From the IMG/VR virus record IMGVR_UViG_3300034106_002431: a stretch of DNA of 64,000 nucleotides; one strand, written 5' to 3'. A model generated the notes under the pieces. That model searched no databases. It worked only from the letters and a program-made list of their open reading frames with translations, and was not told the DNA's origin. Both the position numbers and the translations under genes were made by a program. Of this stretch, positions 38,475-47,645 are shown piece after piece (the stretch's first letter is position 1; every line of letters begins with the position of its first letter). The stretch comes from an uncultured virus (IMG/VR IMGVR_UViG_3300034106_002431). Taxonomy: Duplodnaviria > Heunggongvirae > Uroviricota > Caudoviricetes.

Positions 38475-38897
38475 ATGGCACGACAAAAAGCAATCTCAGT
38501 AAAGATAGCAACACCAAAGGTAATCAAGGCACTAGAAACTCGTCTAGCAAAGTTAGAACTTGATTGGACTAATCAAGAAGCAAACGAGGCAAAGTATCAG
38601 AAGCAATACGATAAGTGGAAAAAGGAACTTTTTGACTATGCCGTAGCAAACATCAAGAAGGCAGAAAACCTACGCACCAACTATCGTAATTGGAATAACC
38701 AATTAAACATTGACTTCGACCTAACAGTTTCAGATAAGGATTTGCCTAAAGAGCCTGAGAAGGACTACGAAGTTCTACACCGACACTCATACAATGAGAT
38801 GAAAGAGGAACTATCAAACGCAATCCGTATCCTAAAGATGACGGACGAGGAAGTAGTTAGCACCAGCACTTACAATGCCGTTGCTCGTTATCTCTAA
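38475..38897 (+). CDS. Conserved actinophage-type coiled-coil protein
   Basis: AAAGGA RBS; helical composition. Confidence 0.65.
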   Translation: MARQKAISVKIATPKVIKALETRLAKLELDWTNQEANEAKYQKQYDKWKKELFDYAVANIKKAENLRTNYRNWNNQLNIDFDLTVSDKDLPKEPEKDYEVLHRHSYNEMKEELSNAIRILKMTDEEVVSTSTYNAVARYL

Positions 38898-38947
38898 ATA
38901 AATCAACACGACCACAGAAATGCGTGTATAAATAAATAGAGTGGAAA

Positions 38948-38974
38948 CGACCTGAGTATGTCGCTAAACTGCTC
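38948..38974 (+). ncRNA. Mini pseudoknot motif, copy 3
   Basis: CGAC-CTGAGTAT-GTCG-ct-AAAC-TGCTC. Confidence 0.7.
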
Positions 38975-39085
38975 ACCTTATACCCTGTGCTCCGTAGGTT
39001 CCCTGGGTGTATGGTTCGCCAGGCTAATTAGGGCGATCATAGAAATACTATAGAGCCAGTTCACACCAACTGCAAGAAGTGTAAC

Positions 39086-39111
39086 TACCTGAGTATGTAT
39101 CAAAACTGCTC
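39086..39111 (+). ncRNA. Mini pseudoknot motif, copy 4
   Basis: TAC-CTGAGTAT-GTA-tca-AAAC-TGCTC. Confidence 0.7.
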
Positions 39112-39186
39112 CCCGCAAGGGCCCTTGACAATTGTCAGTGGCACCCAGTACAATTAATGTAAACCAACTAACAGAAAGAGGCCCCC

Positions 39187-39603
39187 ATGGACCAGCCAGT
39201 AATCGACAATCACTACATGACACGAGAGTTTTTAGAAACCACTCTTGTGCAAAACAAAGAACGCATTCAGCAACTTGAAGAGCACATTCAAAAGGTAACC
39301 CAACGTTCATATGGCGAGGCTGCAGAGCGTTCACGTATGCAAAACGAAATGCAAGAGTGGACCTTGGAAGCAATGGAGCACGGAACAATCGATGAGTCTA
39401 CTGCACAAGAAATTGCAGACATTTGCGGATTCGAATTGTCAAAAGAATTTGAACTAGAAGTTACAGTTCAATATTCAATTACAGTTAATGCTCGTGATGA
39501 AGAATCTGCACAAAATGCAATTCATGATATTGATTTTGATTCAGTCTCATATGGTGAAGAAGTAACTTACTTATCATCCAGTGTTGACCGTATAGAAATT
39601 TAG
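39187..39603 (+). CDS. Hypothetical protein
   Basis: GAAAGAGG RBS with a strong promoter upstream. Confidence 0.7.
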   Translation: MDQPVIDNHYMTREFLETTLVQNKERIQQLEEHIQKVTQRSYGEAAERSRMQNEMQEWTLEAMEHGTIDESTAQEIADICGFELSKEFELEVTVQYSITVNARDEESAQNAIHDIDFDSVSYGEEVTYLSSSVDRIEI

Positions 39604-39618
39604 TAGGGGGCTACTAAT

Positions 39619-39645
39619 AAACCTGAGCATGTTTTAAAACTGCTC
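39619..39645 (+). ncRNA. Mini pseudoknot motif, copy 5
   Basis: AAAC-CTGAGCAT-GTTT-ta-AAAC-TGCTC. Confidence 0.7.
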
Positions 39646-39811
39646 CTCTCTTCCCTCAAAATTTTGGGGCGCCCCCTGTCAAGTCGACACGCCGATGCTT
39701 AGGGGTGATCTTTTACAAAATGTCCGATTTGTCCATGATTAACTATCCCGATTTGCATTTGTCAGTCCGTCCTGTTATACTTAAATCTCAACAACAAAAA
39801 GGAGAAAACTC

Positions 39812-40825
39812 ATGGCACATGACCTAGAAACACAAAACGGTAAGGCATCTTTTGCATCTTTCCGTGAACCTGCTTGGCATGGATTGGGTACCGTATTCAC
39901 AGAAGAAAAGACCACAAAAGAAATGTTAGACCTTGCTAACCTTTCTAATTGGAATGTTCGTCTTGAGGATTTGGAAACCCCATCACATTTGACAAGTGAT
40001 AAAAACTATCAGTACGTTTTGCGTACTAACCCTACAGATAACACACAGACCGACATTCTTGGTGTCGTTGGTGAGCGTTACCATGTAATGCAGAATGAAG
40101 ATTTATTCTCATTCGGTGATAACATTCTAGACGGTGGTGGTCGTTGGGAAACGGCTGGCTCAATCAAGGGTGGACGTGTCGTGTTCGGTGCATTGGCACT
40201 AGAGCGTGAAACAATTCTAGACCCTAACGGTGTTGCAGATAAGGTAAAGACTTATTTACTTATCAACACATCACATGACGGCTCAATCGCTATTCAAGCA
40301 TCTATTACACCTGTTCGTGTTGTATGTGCTAACACTCTTAACCTTGCACTAAATACTACACGCAAGAAGAATGGTGTCAAGCAATCTTTCAAGATTCGCC
40401 ACACACAGACAGCATCTGGTAAGGTTGCCGTTGCTCGTGAAACTCTTGGGCTTGCTCATAAGTACATGGATTCTTTTGACCTCATGGCTAACGCTATGAT
40501 TCAACAAGAAGTTTCTGCTAAGATGTTTAACGACATCATTCTTGCTGCATACCCAAAGCCTGAAAAGGATTCTAAGGGTGCTTTCAAGAAGTGGGAAAAC
40601 AAGGTTGATGTTATCAATGACATCTACACAGGCGAGTTTAACGGAATGATTGCTGGTAATGCGTGGGGTGCTTTCAATGCACTTACTGAGCGTTTAGATT
40701 GGCACCGTTCTGCTCGTGGTGGTTCTAACGAATCAATCCTTGCATCTGCAAGTGGTTTTGACCCTGCTATCAATGCAGAAAAAAATCGCTTACTAAAAAT
40801 TGTGCGTGAATTAACTAACGCATAA
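39812..40825 (+). CDS. DUF932 family phage/plasmid protein
   Basis: REPAWHGLG, ETAGSIKGG, NTSHDGS, TPVRVVCANTL, IRHT. Confidence 0.88.
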   Translation: MAHDLETQNGKASFASFREPAWHGLGTVFTEEKTTKEMLDLANLSNWNVRLEDLETPSHLTSDKNYQYVLRTNPTDNTQTDILGVVGERYHVMQNEDLFSFGDNILDGGGRWETAGSIKGGRVVFGALALERETILDPNGVADKVKTYLLINTSHDGSIAIQASITPVRVVCANTLNLALNTTRKKNGVKQSFKIRHTQTASGKVAVARETLGLAHKYMDSFDLMANAMIQQEVSAKMFNDIILAAYPKPEKDSKGAFKKWENKVDVINDIYTGEFNGMIAGNAWGAFNALTERLDWHRSARGGSNESILASASGFDPAINAEKNRLLKIVRELTNA

Positions 40826-40844
40826 ATAAAAAAATAAATAAATG

Positions 40845-40875
40845 CCACCTGAGCAAGTGGATGCAAAAACTGCTC
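40845..40875 (+). ncRNA. Mini pseudoknot motif, copy 6 (4 nt upstream of tRNA-Asp)
   Basis: CCAC-CTGAGCAA-GTGG-atgcaa-AAAC-TGCTC. Confidence 0.7.
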
Positions 40876-40879
40876 ACAT

Positions 40880-40953
40880 GGTCCGTTAGAATAGTTGGTT
40901 AGTTCGCTACCCTGTCACGGTAGAGGTCACGGGTTCAAGTCCCGTACGGATCG
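40880..40953 (+). tRNA. tRNA-Asp(GTC)
   Basis: Acceptor GGTCCGT/ACGGATC, anticodon arm CTACC-ctGTCac-GGTAG, T-loop TTCAAGT; no encoded CCA. Confidence 0.93.
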
Positions 40954-41413
40954 CAAGAAAAAATGGGGCGCCCCCTGTGATCTATATCACATGAGATTTT
41001 TGTCAAAACTTAATTACGATAGAGTGATATTTTTCCTGGAATTTAATTACGAAGAGTTGATTTTTTTCCCGAAACCTGCTAGAATTAATCTATGACCCAA
41101 ACCATGAATACTATAGACGACCTCATAAATGAAATATACGAAAGCAACTACTCTCACCTAGAGTTTGAAGAAAATATGGGTGGAGATGCTTGTGACTGCC
41201 ATATCCATACTACACTAAATACTATAGCATTTTATGCTGGGATAGAGGTAGGGTAATGCTAGGCTATGAACTACAAGATCTAAATGATATGACCTATGGC
41301 ATTGACTCTGCCCTATTGATGATAAACCAGGACGAGAACCCTGCTATTGCTAGATACCTATCCAACGCCTCAGACTTTCTTAATGGACTATGGGCAGAAG
41401 GGTACTTTGACTA

Positions 41414-41629
41414 ATGTGGACTAAGTATGATTATCTATGTACTGATTGTGATGCCCTGATTCAAATCACTGCTTGTGCTGATAAGGTTCTTGATCCTGCC
41501 TGTATTTGCGGAGGGTATGGAATAGTTATCCTAATATCAGAATCAGATGGCAATGCCCCTATCCTTACAGATGTGAGCAAGGTCACACCCCGTACAGTTG
41601 TAAAAATTGACTCCAACCCGTATAATTAA
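41414..41629 (+). CDS. Small Zn-ribbon protein
   Basis: YDYLCTDC...CIC. Confidence 0.5.
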   Translation: MWTKYDYLCTDCDALIQITACADKVLDPACICGGYGIVILISESDGNAPILTDVSKVTPRTVVKIDSNPYN

Positions 41630-41790
41630 TATATGGACCTAAACACATTTATCGAATACATCAAACTACATCTGATTAGTCTTGAACAAGACCTTGAAGA
41701 AAACCCTGCCTCTATCCATGTGGTAGACATTGAGGGACAAATCTATGCTACTAAACATCTTTTGTCAGTGGCAGAGGGTAGAATATAACT

Positions 41791-42069
41791 ATGATGAACA
41801 CACAACTAGAACCAAGACTGCAGAAACTGATTGATATGGGAGAGTCAGGAACTGACATCCTACACGGGGAACTTAAAAACCTTATTTACGAGGCTGAGAA
41901 AGAATACCTTGAAATCGAACAAGAAGAGCGTGAGGGTGGCTACTCTGACGCAATGCTATCTATGGACAGAACAAGGGCTGAAGGTCGTATGGACGCTCTT
42001 GTAGAAGTCTATGCCCTTACATACCAACTGGCCTTTGCTATCAGTGACAGGATTAAGAACAATGAATAA
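41791..42069 (+). CDS. Hypothetical protein
   Basis: TAGAAT-N6-ATG leaderless start. Confidence 0.6.
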   Translation: MMNTQLEPRLQKLIDMGESGTDILHGELKNLIYEAEKEYLEIEQEEREGGYSDAMLSMDRTRAEGRMDALVEVYALTYQLAFAISDRIKNNE

Positions 42070-42445
42070 CTTTATCGAAATGGACTTTGACGAGTGGTGT
42101 GACACATACAAGCCAATCATTAACCATATAGACAGTAATGCCTCCTTTGACAATGGAGACGGTGGTGTTATGTTTGAGACCTATGGTGATGAGGTAGAGT
42201 TTGTTAAGTCTCAATCCCCTGCCAATATCTGGATGTATGGTCAGGGTGATGACGGTGGTACCTATGTCTGGAATGGCTGGGGATTTGTAAATAGATTAGG
42301 ATACTTCATCACTGAGGTACCGTGCCCACCTGATACAGACATACAGGTCATGGTCGGAGAGCCTGACTTGACATGTGATTTCTGTGGTGATATACTTGAT
42401 GAAGAACTACCCCACGACCCACAATGCGAAGGATTGAACCAATGA
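42062..42445 (+). CDS. Conserved phage protein
   Basis: MFETYG.E..FV...IW...GWGFVNRLGYFITE. Confidence 0.65.
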   Translation: MNNFIEMDFDEWCDTYKPIINHIDSNASFDNGDGGVMFETYGDEVEFVKSQSPANIWMYGQGDDGGTYVWNGWGFVNRLGYFITEVPCPPDTDIQVMVGEPDLTCDFCGDILDEELPHDPQCEGLNQ

Positions 42446-42642
42446 AAGAAACATACACCTGCCCACGGTGCTTAATCCAATACGGAGATAGACACGAAGA
42501 AGATAACCTATGGTTTCTTAAAAATGCTGGGTACATAAGCCTTGGCTGCTGCGTAGAATGTGAAACACCTGAAGAAGGTGTAATCATTACTAATACTTGG
42601 AAAGACTATTGCGACTCAACAGGAATCGGAGCAAACAAATGA
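42442..42642 (+). CDS. Small Zn-finger protein
   Basis: CPRC...CVEC. Confidence 0.5.
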   Translation: MKETYTCPRCLIQYGDRHEEDNLWFLKNAGYISLGCCVECETPEEGVIITNTWKDYCDSTGIGANK

Positions 42643-42784
42643 ACGAATATAAAGTAGAAATCATCTTTGAACCAACAGGTGATTACATGACATTTAGATA
42701 CGAGGCTGAATCAGATAATGAAGAGGACCTCTGCAACGAAATTCTAAGCCAACTATCAATTGTATCTTTTAAGGAGCAAGACTA

Positions 42785-43150
42785 ATGGGAGCACGTATTA
42801 ACTTTGTATTTAAAGACGTCGAGGATGAAGCACACGTAGTTCTATATAGCCACTGGGGTGAGACTGAATGGCAACGGGACCTAGCAATGGCCCTGCAGCA
42901 TTCAAAGCCTAGGTGGAAAGACTACTCCTACTTTACCCGTATGATGATTAGTTATCTTATGCAAGATTCAATCCTAGAGGAAACGGGGTTTGGTATCTAT
43001 GCAATCACAGGCAGCAACTTTGATTTAGGTGAGACCACCGTCGTCATCGATATTGCTAAAGAAACTATCAATCATGTGGGCTCCACTGTAGTGGTTGACT
43101 GGGATAAATTTATGGTAGCATACCTGCCCGTTTTGGCTGAGCAGATCTAG
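42785..43150 (+). CDS. Conserved phage protein
   Basis: MGAR...VLYSHWG; AAGGAG RBS. Confidence 0.65.
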   Translation: MGARINFVFKDVEDEAHVVLYSHWGETEWQRDLAMALQHSKPRWKDYSYFTRMMISYLMQDSILEETGFGIYAITGSNFDLGETTVVIDIAKETINHVGSTVVVDWDKFMVAYLPVLAEQI

Positions 43151-43244
43151 GGAGTGGGTCCCCTAGATTAATAAGGTGGGAGGGGCTGGCGTGGGGCTTG
43201 CCCTTCCCCCTACTTTTTGGTACAATGGATAGAAGGAGATACCT

Positions 43245-43484
43245 ATGACTTATTCAGTTAGACGAACGGCAACGCATAATAAAGAAACTCGTATGGCAGA
43301 GCAGTTAGGCAAACTCCTTACCCAAGATTTTGCGGTAGATTTAGAAAGAGTAGGATTTTACATAGTAAGAAACCTACCCCTGATTAACTACCACAGACTA
43401 GAGGTTTTGAGTTTGACATCTATGGAAGAGTATGATAAACTTATGTTAGAGATGAAAGGACCCGCAAATGGACTACGCAGATAA
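43245..43484 (+). CDS. Hypothetical protein
   Basis: AAGGAG RBS, TACAAT upstream. Confidence 0.6.
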   Translation: MTYSVRRTATHNKETRMAEQLGKLLTQDFAVDLERVGFYIVRNLPLINYHRLEVLSLTSMEEYDKLMLEMKGPANGLRR

Positions 43485-43761
43485 GACAGGACTACTAGGT
43501 CAACTATGGATTGACTATCGTGAGGACGAGAACTTCTCGCTCTTTATGGAATACAACGACATTGGTTTGCCATTGTCCTATGTAGTGGCAGAAGGTTTGG
43601 TGCCAGCACTAACACAACTGGGCGAGGACTATGTTGATGAGACTATCGAGATGTTGTTTAAACTTCTTGAGATTACAGAACAAGAAGTGGAGTTGCTACC
43701 CAGAATTAATTTAGATTCAGTTCTAGAACTCGCACACCAAAAGAAAAACACAATCGAGTAA
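43468..43761 (+). CDS. Hypothetical protein
   Basis: YNDIGLPLSY motif; AAAGGA RBS. Confidence 0.6.
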   Translation: MDYADKTGLLGQLWIDYREDENFSLFMEYNDIGLPLSYVVAEGLVPALTQLGEDYVDETIEMLFKLLEITEQEVELLPRINLDSVLELAHQKKNTIE

Positions 43762-43972
43762 TCTGGCCCCTGCGGGGGCGCCCTATATTTTCTCATATGT
43801 CAAACCATGCAAACCACATTTTCAAAAGATGATTACGAACGATCAAAAATTTTTCCCCAAACCTAGCATATTACGATGGGCCAATTCTTTTCCCCAAACC
43901 TAGCATATCCTGGTTTGGCCAAACCTTATACCATACAAACCTTATATTGTCAAACCATGTTATAATTAAACC

Positions 43973-44224
43973 ATGCCACATCACTTTGCAAAGATGTATG
44001 AGAACAAGTCCCATAGACATGATTCTCTTTCTGACTCTGCTATCTTTAATGAAGCAGTAGGTTCTATAACGGGTATGTTGTATTCTATTGTTACTCTTAA
44101 GGCTTTCTTTCCTTTCTTTAGATCCCCTGCGGAAATCATTGATAATGCTGTTAATCATGCCCCTTATCCTATGCCGTCGCAAAAATCGGGGGAGTCAAAG
44201 TATACCCAATTAACCCTATGGTAA
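43973..44224 (+). CDS. Hypothetical protein
   Basis: TATAAT-N6-ATG leaderless start. Confidence 0.45.
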   Translation: MPHHFAKMYENKSHRHDSLSDSAIFNEAVGSITGMLYSIVTLKAFFPFFRSPAEIIDNAVNHAPYPMPSQKSGESKYTQLTLW

Positions 44225-44560
44225 ATAACAAACCTTTTATCCTGGTTTCTTAAATATTTGATAAAGGTTTTTCAAAATAAGATTACGATTATCGACAATT
44301 TCTCCCTGGTTTTGGGAGATTTTTTTATGCAGCAAATGGGCTTGACAAACCTTAAAAACTAGGATATAATGCCCAAACCCTGCATATGATGGTTTGACAG
44401 ATATGAAGGTTTGTGATACAATCCCCGACATAAGGTTTTGAGGTTTGGGGTTTGTCGCCCAGAAGATTACGACGCCATCTATAAAAGGGCCCTATACTCC
44501 ACTATCCTCCACTTTACTCCACTTCTAGACTGTCTAATAATATAATCAGTAAGATTAATC

Positions 44561-44913
44561 TGTGGATAACTTGTGGATAACTATGATATTTTTAGCCTAT
44601 TAGCCTGTGGATAACTATACTTGACAGGCAGACACATCCGTAATATACTTAGAATATGACTAAATTTGCAGCCTTTATATTCTTACTTCTCACATCACCA
44701 ATATGGGTAACGATCTTTGTTTTATTCGGTGCTGGCATCCTTGCTTTCTTTATTAACAACTGGCAAGGCTTTATCATTCCTATCATAATTGCTATTCTTT
44801 GGAACATGCCAGATAAAGAAAAGCCTACTACAGGGACTTCGAGTGTTCCAAAGGCTCCTCGTGAGACATATGGTCATATCTTTACCAAACCTAAGAACTA
44901 AACCTGTGGATAA
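44561..44913. promoter_or_regulatory. Cluster of perfect DnaA boxes (TGTGGATAA)
   Basis: 44561, 44572, 44606 and 44905; further copies at 35013 (TTATCCACA) and 36520. Confidence 0.7.
44656..44901 (+). CDS. Small membrane protein
   Basis: Two hydrophobic segments; TTGACA/TATACT promoter, leaderless. Confidence 0.6.
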   Translation: MTKFAAFIFLLLTSPIWVTIFVLFGAGILAFFINNWQGFIIPIIIAILWNMPDKEKPTTGTSSVPKAPRETYGHIFTKPKN

Positions 44914-45153
44914 CTATATTTTTGCGGTACAAGGATCAGACACCCTATGGGATAAGAACTCCCCACATGGGCATAAGGCTTCCTCACAGTGGCAGTTATC
45001 CTTATCTATCAAACCTTCATTAACAGGTAGAGGGTTGCAGGGTTTATTACTCTCATGGGAGACATATTCGCCACATGGGGAAAAGCCTATCTTGCCATAC
45101 TCACCAGCATGACCTATTCCTTTAGGGCTTGCGTTACATAGTTCTGGTTTCAT
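44914..45153 (-). CDS. Small Cys/His-rich protein
   Basis: Repeated PCGE.(V/L)SH unit; TAGAAT-N7-ATG. Confidence 0.45.
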   Translation of the reverse strand: MKPELCNASPKGIGHAGEYGKIGFSPCGEYVSHESNKPCNPLPVNEGLIDKDNCHCEEALCPCGEFLSHRVSDPCTAKI

Positions 45154-45229
45154 ATAGGTATTCTATCATGCTATTGGGGATTATGATGACATCTTTTTAT
45201 TCCCCGAATTTTATGCTATACTGGACGAT

Positions 45230-45823
45230 ATGATCAATTATAAAAATAGCAAGAGTTCTTCATTCCAAGAGTCGTTTGCCATATCTATGACCCAGGAGAA
45301 GAAGAATGGTTTCTATGTAGAGTTAGGCTCAGCAGACCCATATATCGAAAGTAACACCTATTTACTAGAATCTGAGTTTGGATGGAAGGGGCTTGCCTTA
45401 GAAATTGATGAAGGTCTGGCTCAAAGATATAACTCCTCTGACCGTACTAACAAGTGCACTAACGCTGATGCTTTAACCTTTGACTACCTGTCTTATTTTA
45501 GAGACAATAACTTCCCAAAGACTATTGACTTCTTGCAGATTGATATTGATGGACATGACAAAGGAAACTGTCTATTAGCCCTCCTAGCCCTGCCTATGCT
45601 ACAGTATAGATTTTCGGTCATAATCATTGAGCATGACCTGTCTCAAAACTACAAGAGAGCCTCCATGAGAGATGCTCAAAGAGAAATCTTAAGCAGCCTA
45701 GGATACAAACTAATTGGGCAAACCCTTAGTGAAGACTGGTGGATCGATCCAGAATCAGTAAACCAAGAAGCCTATAGATATGATATCTTCAACGGACATC
45801 CACTTATTGGAGAAGTAAAATGA
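45230..45823 (+). CDS. FkbM-family methyltransferase-like protein
   Basis: GFYVELGS...SNTYLLE...WKGLALE...IDFLQIDIDG. Confidence 0.78.
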   Translation: MINYKNSKSSSFQESFAISMTQEKKNGFYVELGSADPYIESNTYLLESEFGWKGLALEIDEGLAQRYNSSDRTNKCTNADALTFDYLSYFRDNNFPKTIDFLQIDIDGHDKGNCLLALLALPMLQYRFSVIIIEHDLSQNYKRASMRDAQREILSSLGYKLIGQTLSEDWWIDPESVNQEAYRYDIFNGHPLIGEVK

Positions 45824-46392
45824 ATGTAATCCAACACGCAGATGGCATATATGAAATAGAAGATTTCCTAAATGATGAAGAGCAAGAACTATTTCTATCT
45901 TCATGCACAGATGATGGATGGGAAGAGTCTCACCCAGGAAACATAACTAAGCCAATGACAAATGAAGAGTTTAGTCTAAGAGATAAACTGCTTGCTAGGC
46001 TAGGTACTTTTTTTGAAAACGTGGATTCTTTCTCTACTGTTAATCGCCTAAGAAGACTAACAACAGGTGAGTTTATGTGGCCTCACGTAGATGCTGGAAA
46101 GCCTCCAATACTTCCAGACACTGTAACCCCCATAGAAACTCCAGTAGAATCAAAGAGTATAGTCTTTGGGGTTGCGATATATCTAAATGACAAGTTTACA
46201 GGTGGTGAGTTATCCTACCCAGATATTGAACTAGATATCTATCCAAAGCCTAGAAGTGCAGTTATTCATAATGCTAAGTTTAACCATGAAGTTAAGACTG
46301 TTACCTCTGGTAATAGATATTCTATAACAGCATTTATTTATGGTGATGAGACTACCAAGTTTAATGGCCATGCCCAGGATAATAACCAATAG
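45820..46392 (+). CDS. 2OG-Fe(II) oxygenase
   Basis: HVD...YLNDKFTGGEL...HEV...GNRY. Confidence 0.88.
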   Translation: MNVIQHADGIYEIEDFLNDEEQELFLSSCTDDGWEESHPGNITKPMTNEEFSLRDKLLARLGTFFENVDSFSTVNRLRRLTTGEFMWPHVDAGKPPILPDTVTPIETPVESKSIVFGVAIYLNDKFTGGELSYPDIELDIYPKPRSAVIHNAKFNHEVKTVTSGNRYSITAFIYGDETTKFNGHAQDNNQ

Positions 46393-46424
46393 TGCCCTTT
46401 AGGGCATATGTAGGTTTACTACTT

Positions 46425-46754
46425 CTATTTTGCGCCGAACTCTAAAGACTTACCTATAGCATTATTGACCATGCGGACCAAACCTCGTCTCGTAATTTTT
46501 GACGCATCGAACGTCTCCGTATACCCACCTTGAGGCATATCTGCCTTATCTAGGAAATGTCCGTACTTAGTCCTTAGTGTGTCTAATACTAGAGATTCTA
46601 CTGCTCTTGCTTGATCCCGTTCGGAAAACCACCAATACTTAATTAGGACCCAGCCCTTCTGCCTGTGGCTTGCAAACCTTCTACCAGACACATCAGATAT
46701 GCCTATCTTAATAGCCTTATGTATTGGGCTATATAGTATATATAGTAGGGTCAT
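46425..46754 (-). CDS. GIY-YIG-like (T5orf172/MUG113-type) protein
   Basis: LYILY...IKIGIS...R...E...GYTETF. Confidence 0.65.
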   Translation of the reverse strand: MTLLYILYSPIHKAIKIGISDVSGRRFASHRQKGWVLIKYWWFSERDQARAVESLVLDTLRTKYGHFLDKADMPQGGYTETFDASKITRRGLVRMVNNAIGKSLEFGAK

Positions 46755-46802
46755 GTATCTATTATACTTGACATACCCTGTCAAAATCGCTATAATTAAG
46801 GT

Positions 46803-47009
46803 ATGATAAACATGGAAATACCTGACCCGTTTACTCAATTCAGAATAGATAAATACAACAGAACAAAAGGATTACGATATGATTTCTTTTCTGGGGAATG
46901 GGATATGGAGTGTGGTTGTTGTGGAGAACCCCTTAATGCTCCAAACCGAAAGACCATGACAAAAATTAGACTATACCATACAAGAAATGAGTGCTTAGGT
47001 GGATACTAA
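46803..47009 (+). CDS. Small Zn-binding protein
   Basis: CGCC...H...C; leaderless promoter. Confidence 0.5.
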   Translation: MINMEIPDPFTQFRIDKYNRTKGLRYDFFSGEWDMECGCCGEPLNAPNRKTMTKIRLYHTRNECLGGY

Positions 47010-47159
47010 TTGCTGCACTATATCTAAGGATAATGATGCTTTTTGGGATACCCACCAAACCATGTCAGATGGTCATATCTGGTGTGTTACCAAGTATATT
47101 GTTGATAAGGCTAAGGCTCAAGTTAAGTCTAAGTATGGCAATAAGAAAAGACATCGCCA

Positions 47160-47393
47160 ATGAAAAAATGTTATGCTACTAAAAATGATGGTAAGACCTG
47201 CTTTGCAAATGTAGCACATCCTAAACAATACTGTCATATCCATGACCCAAATGGAAAGTTTAGACAGCAATTAAAGCGTAAAGGTATGGGCAAGGGATAT
47301 ACTCCAAAATGTGATCATACTTGGTATATGAGGGAGCCTGGTATACAATGTACAAAGTGTTTAGTTATATGGGAGAGTGATGAAAGAGCCTAA
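47160..47393 (+). CDS. Small Zn-finger protein
   Basis: C.A...G..C...YCHIH and CDH...CTKC. Confidence 0.55.
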   Translation: MKKCYATKNDGKTCFANVAHPKQYCHIHDPNGKFRQQLKRKGMGKGYTPKCDHTWYMREPGIQCTKCLVIWESDERA

Positions 47394-47645
47394 GATAGCC
47401 CAAATGGACTGGCGTAGCCTTGGATATTGGCCCGTATGGAAAGATGGAAAAAAGGTATGGGTACCCAAAGACAAGATAAACACTGATGATGAACAAACTT
47501 AAACATGATATAATCGGTATATGAATAAATCTAAGTGTTTTTTCTGCGAAAAAGATGCAACTCATTACGATGTTGTAGTAGATCACGCTGACTACATAGT
47601 TGCAGATGTATGTCTAACTCATTTGTCTGTGAGCCATGTTTCATA

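Larger units (their letters stand above)
31794..41587. promoter_or_regulatory. Dispersed TGTGA-N6-TCACA (Crp/GlxR-type) boxes
   Basis: Perfect copies at 31948, 32871, 33229, 35032, 36616, 40976 and 41572; near-matches at 31794, 32032, 32048, 33105, 37850 and 38138. Confidence 0.8.
31360..41784. promoter_or_regulatory. Promoter class TGTCAG-N10-TANNNT (8 copies)
   Basis: + strand at 32097, 33273, 35180, 36777, 39133, 39760 and 41763; - strand at 31381-31360. Confidence 0.75.

Noticed and set aside
38978..39388. 136-aa minus-strand ORF
   Set aside because: It is antisense to a well-supported plus-strand gene, promoter and RNA motifs, and has no recognisable features.
34944..40875. Repeated CTGAG...AAAC motif as a hammerhead ribozyme, preQ1 riboswitch or CRISPR repeat
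   Set aside because: It lacks the CUGANGA/GAAA three-stem hammerhead layout. The loop is unlike preQ1-I and the copies sit at 3' ends, not before queuosine genes. The copies are dispersed, not regularly spaced.
40895..41095. 66-aa plus-strand ORF
   Set aside because: It overlaps tRNA-Asp and regulatory motifs.
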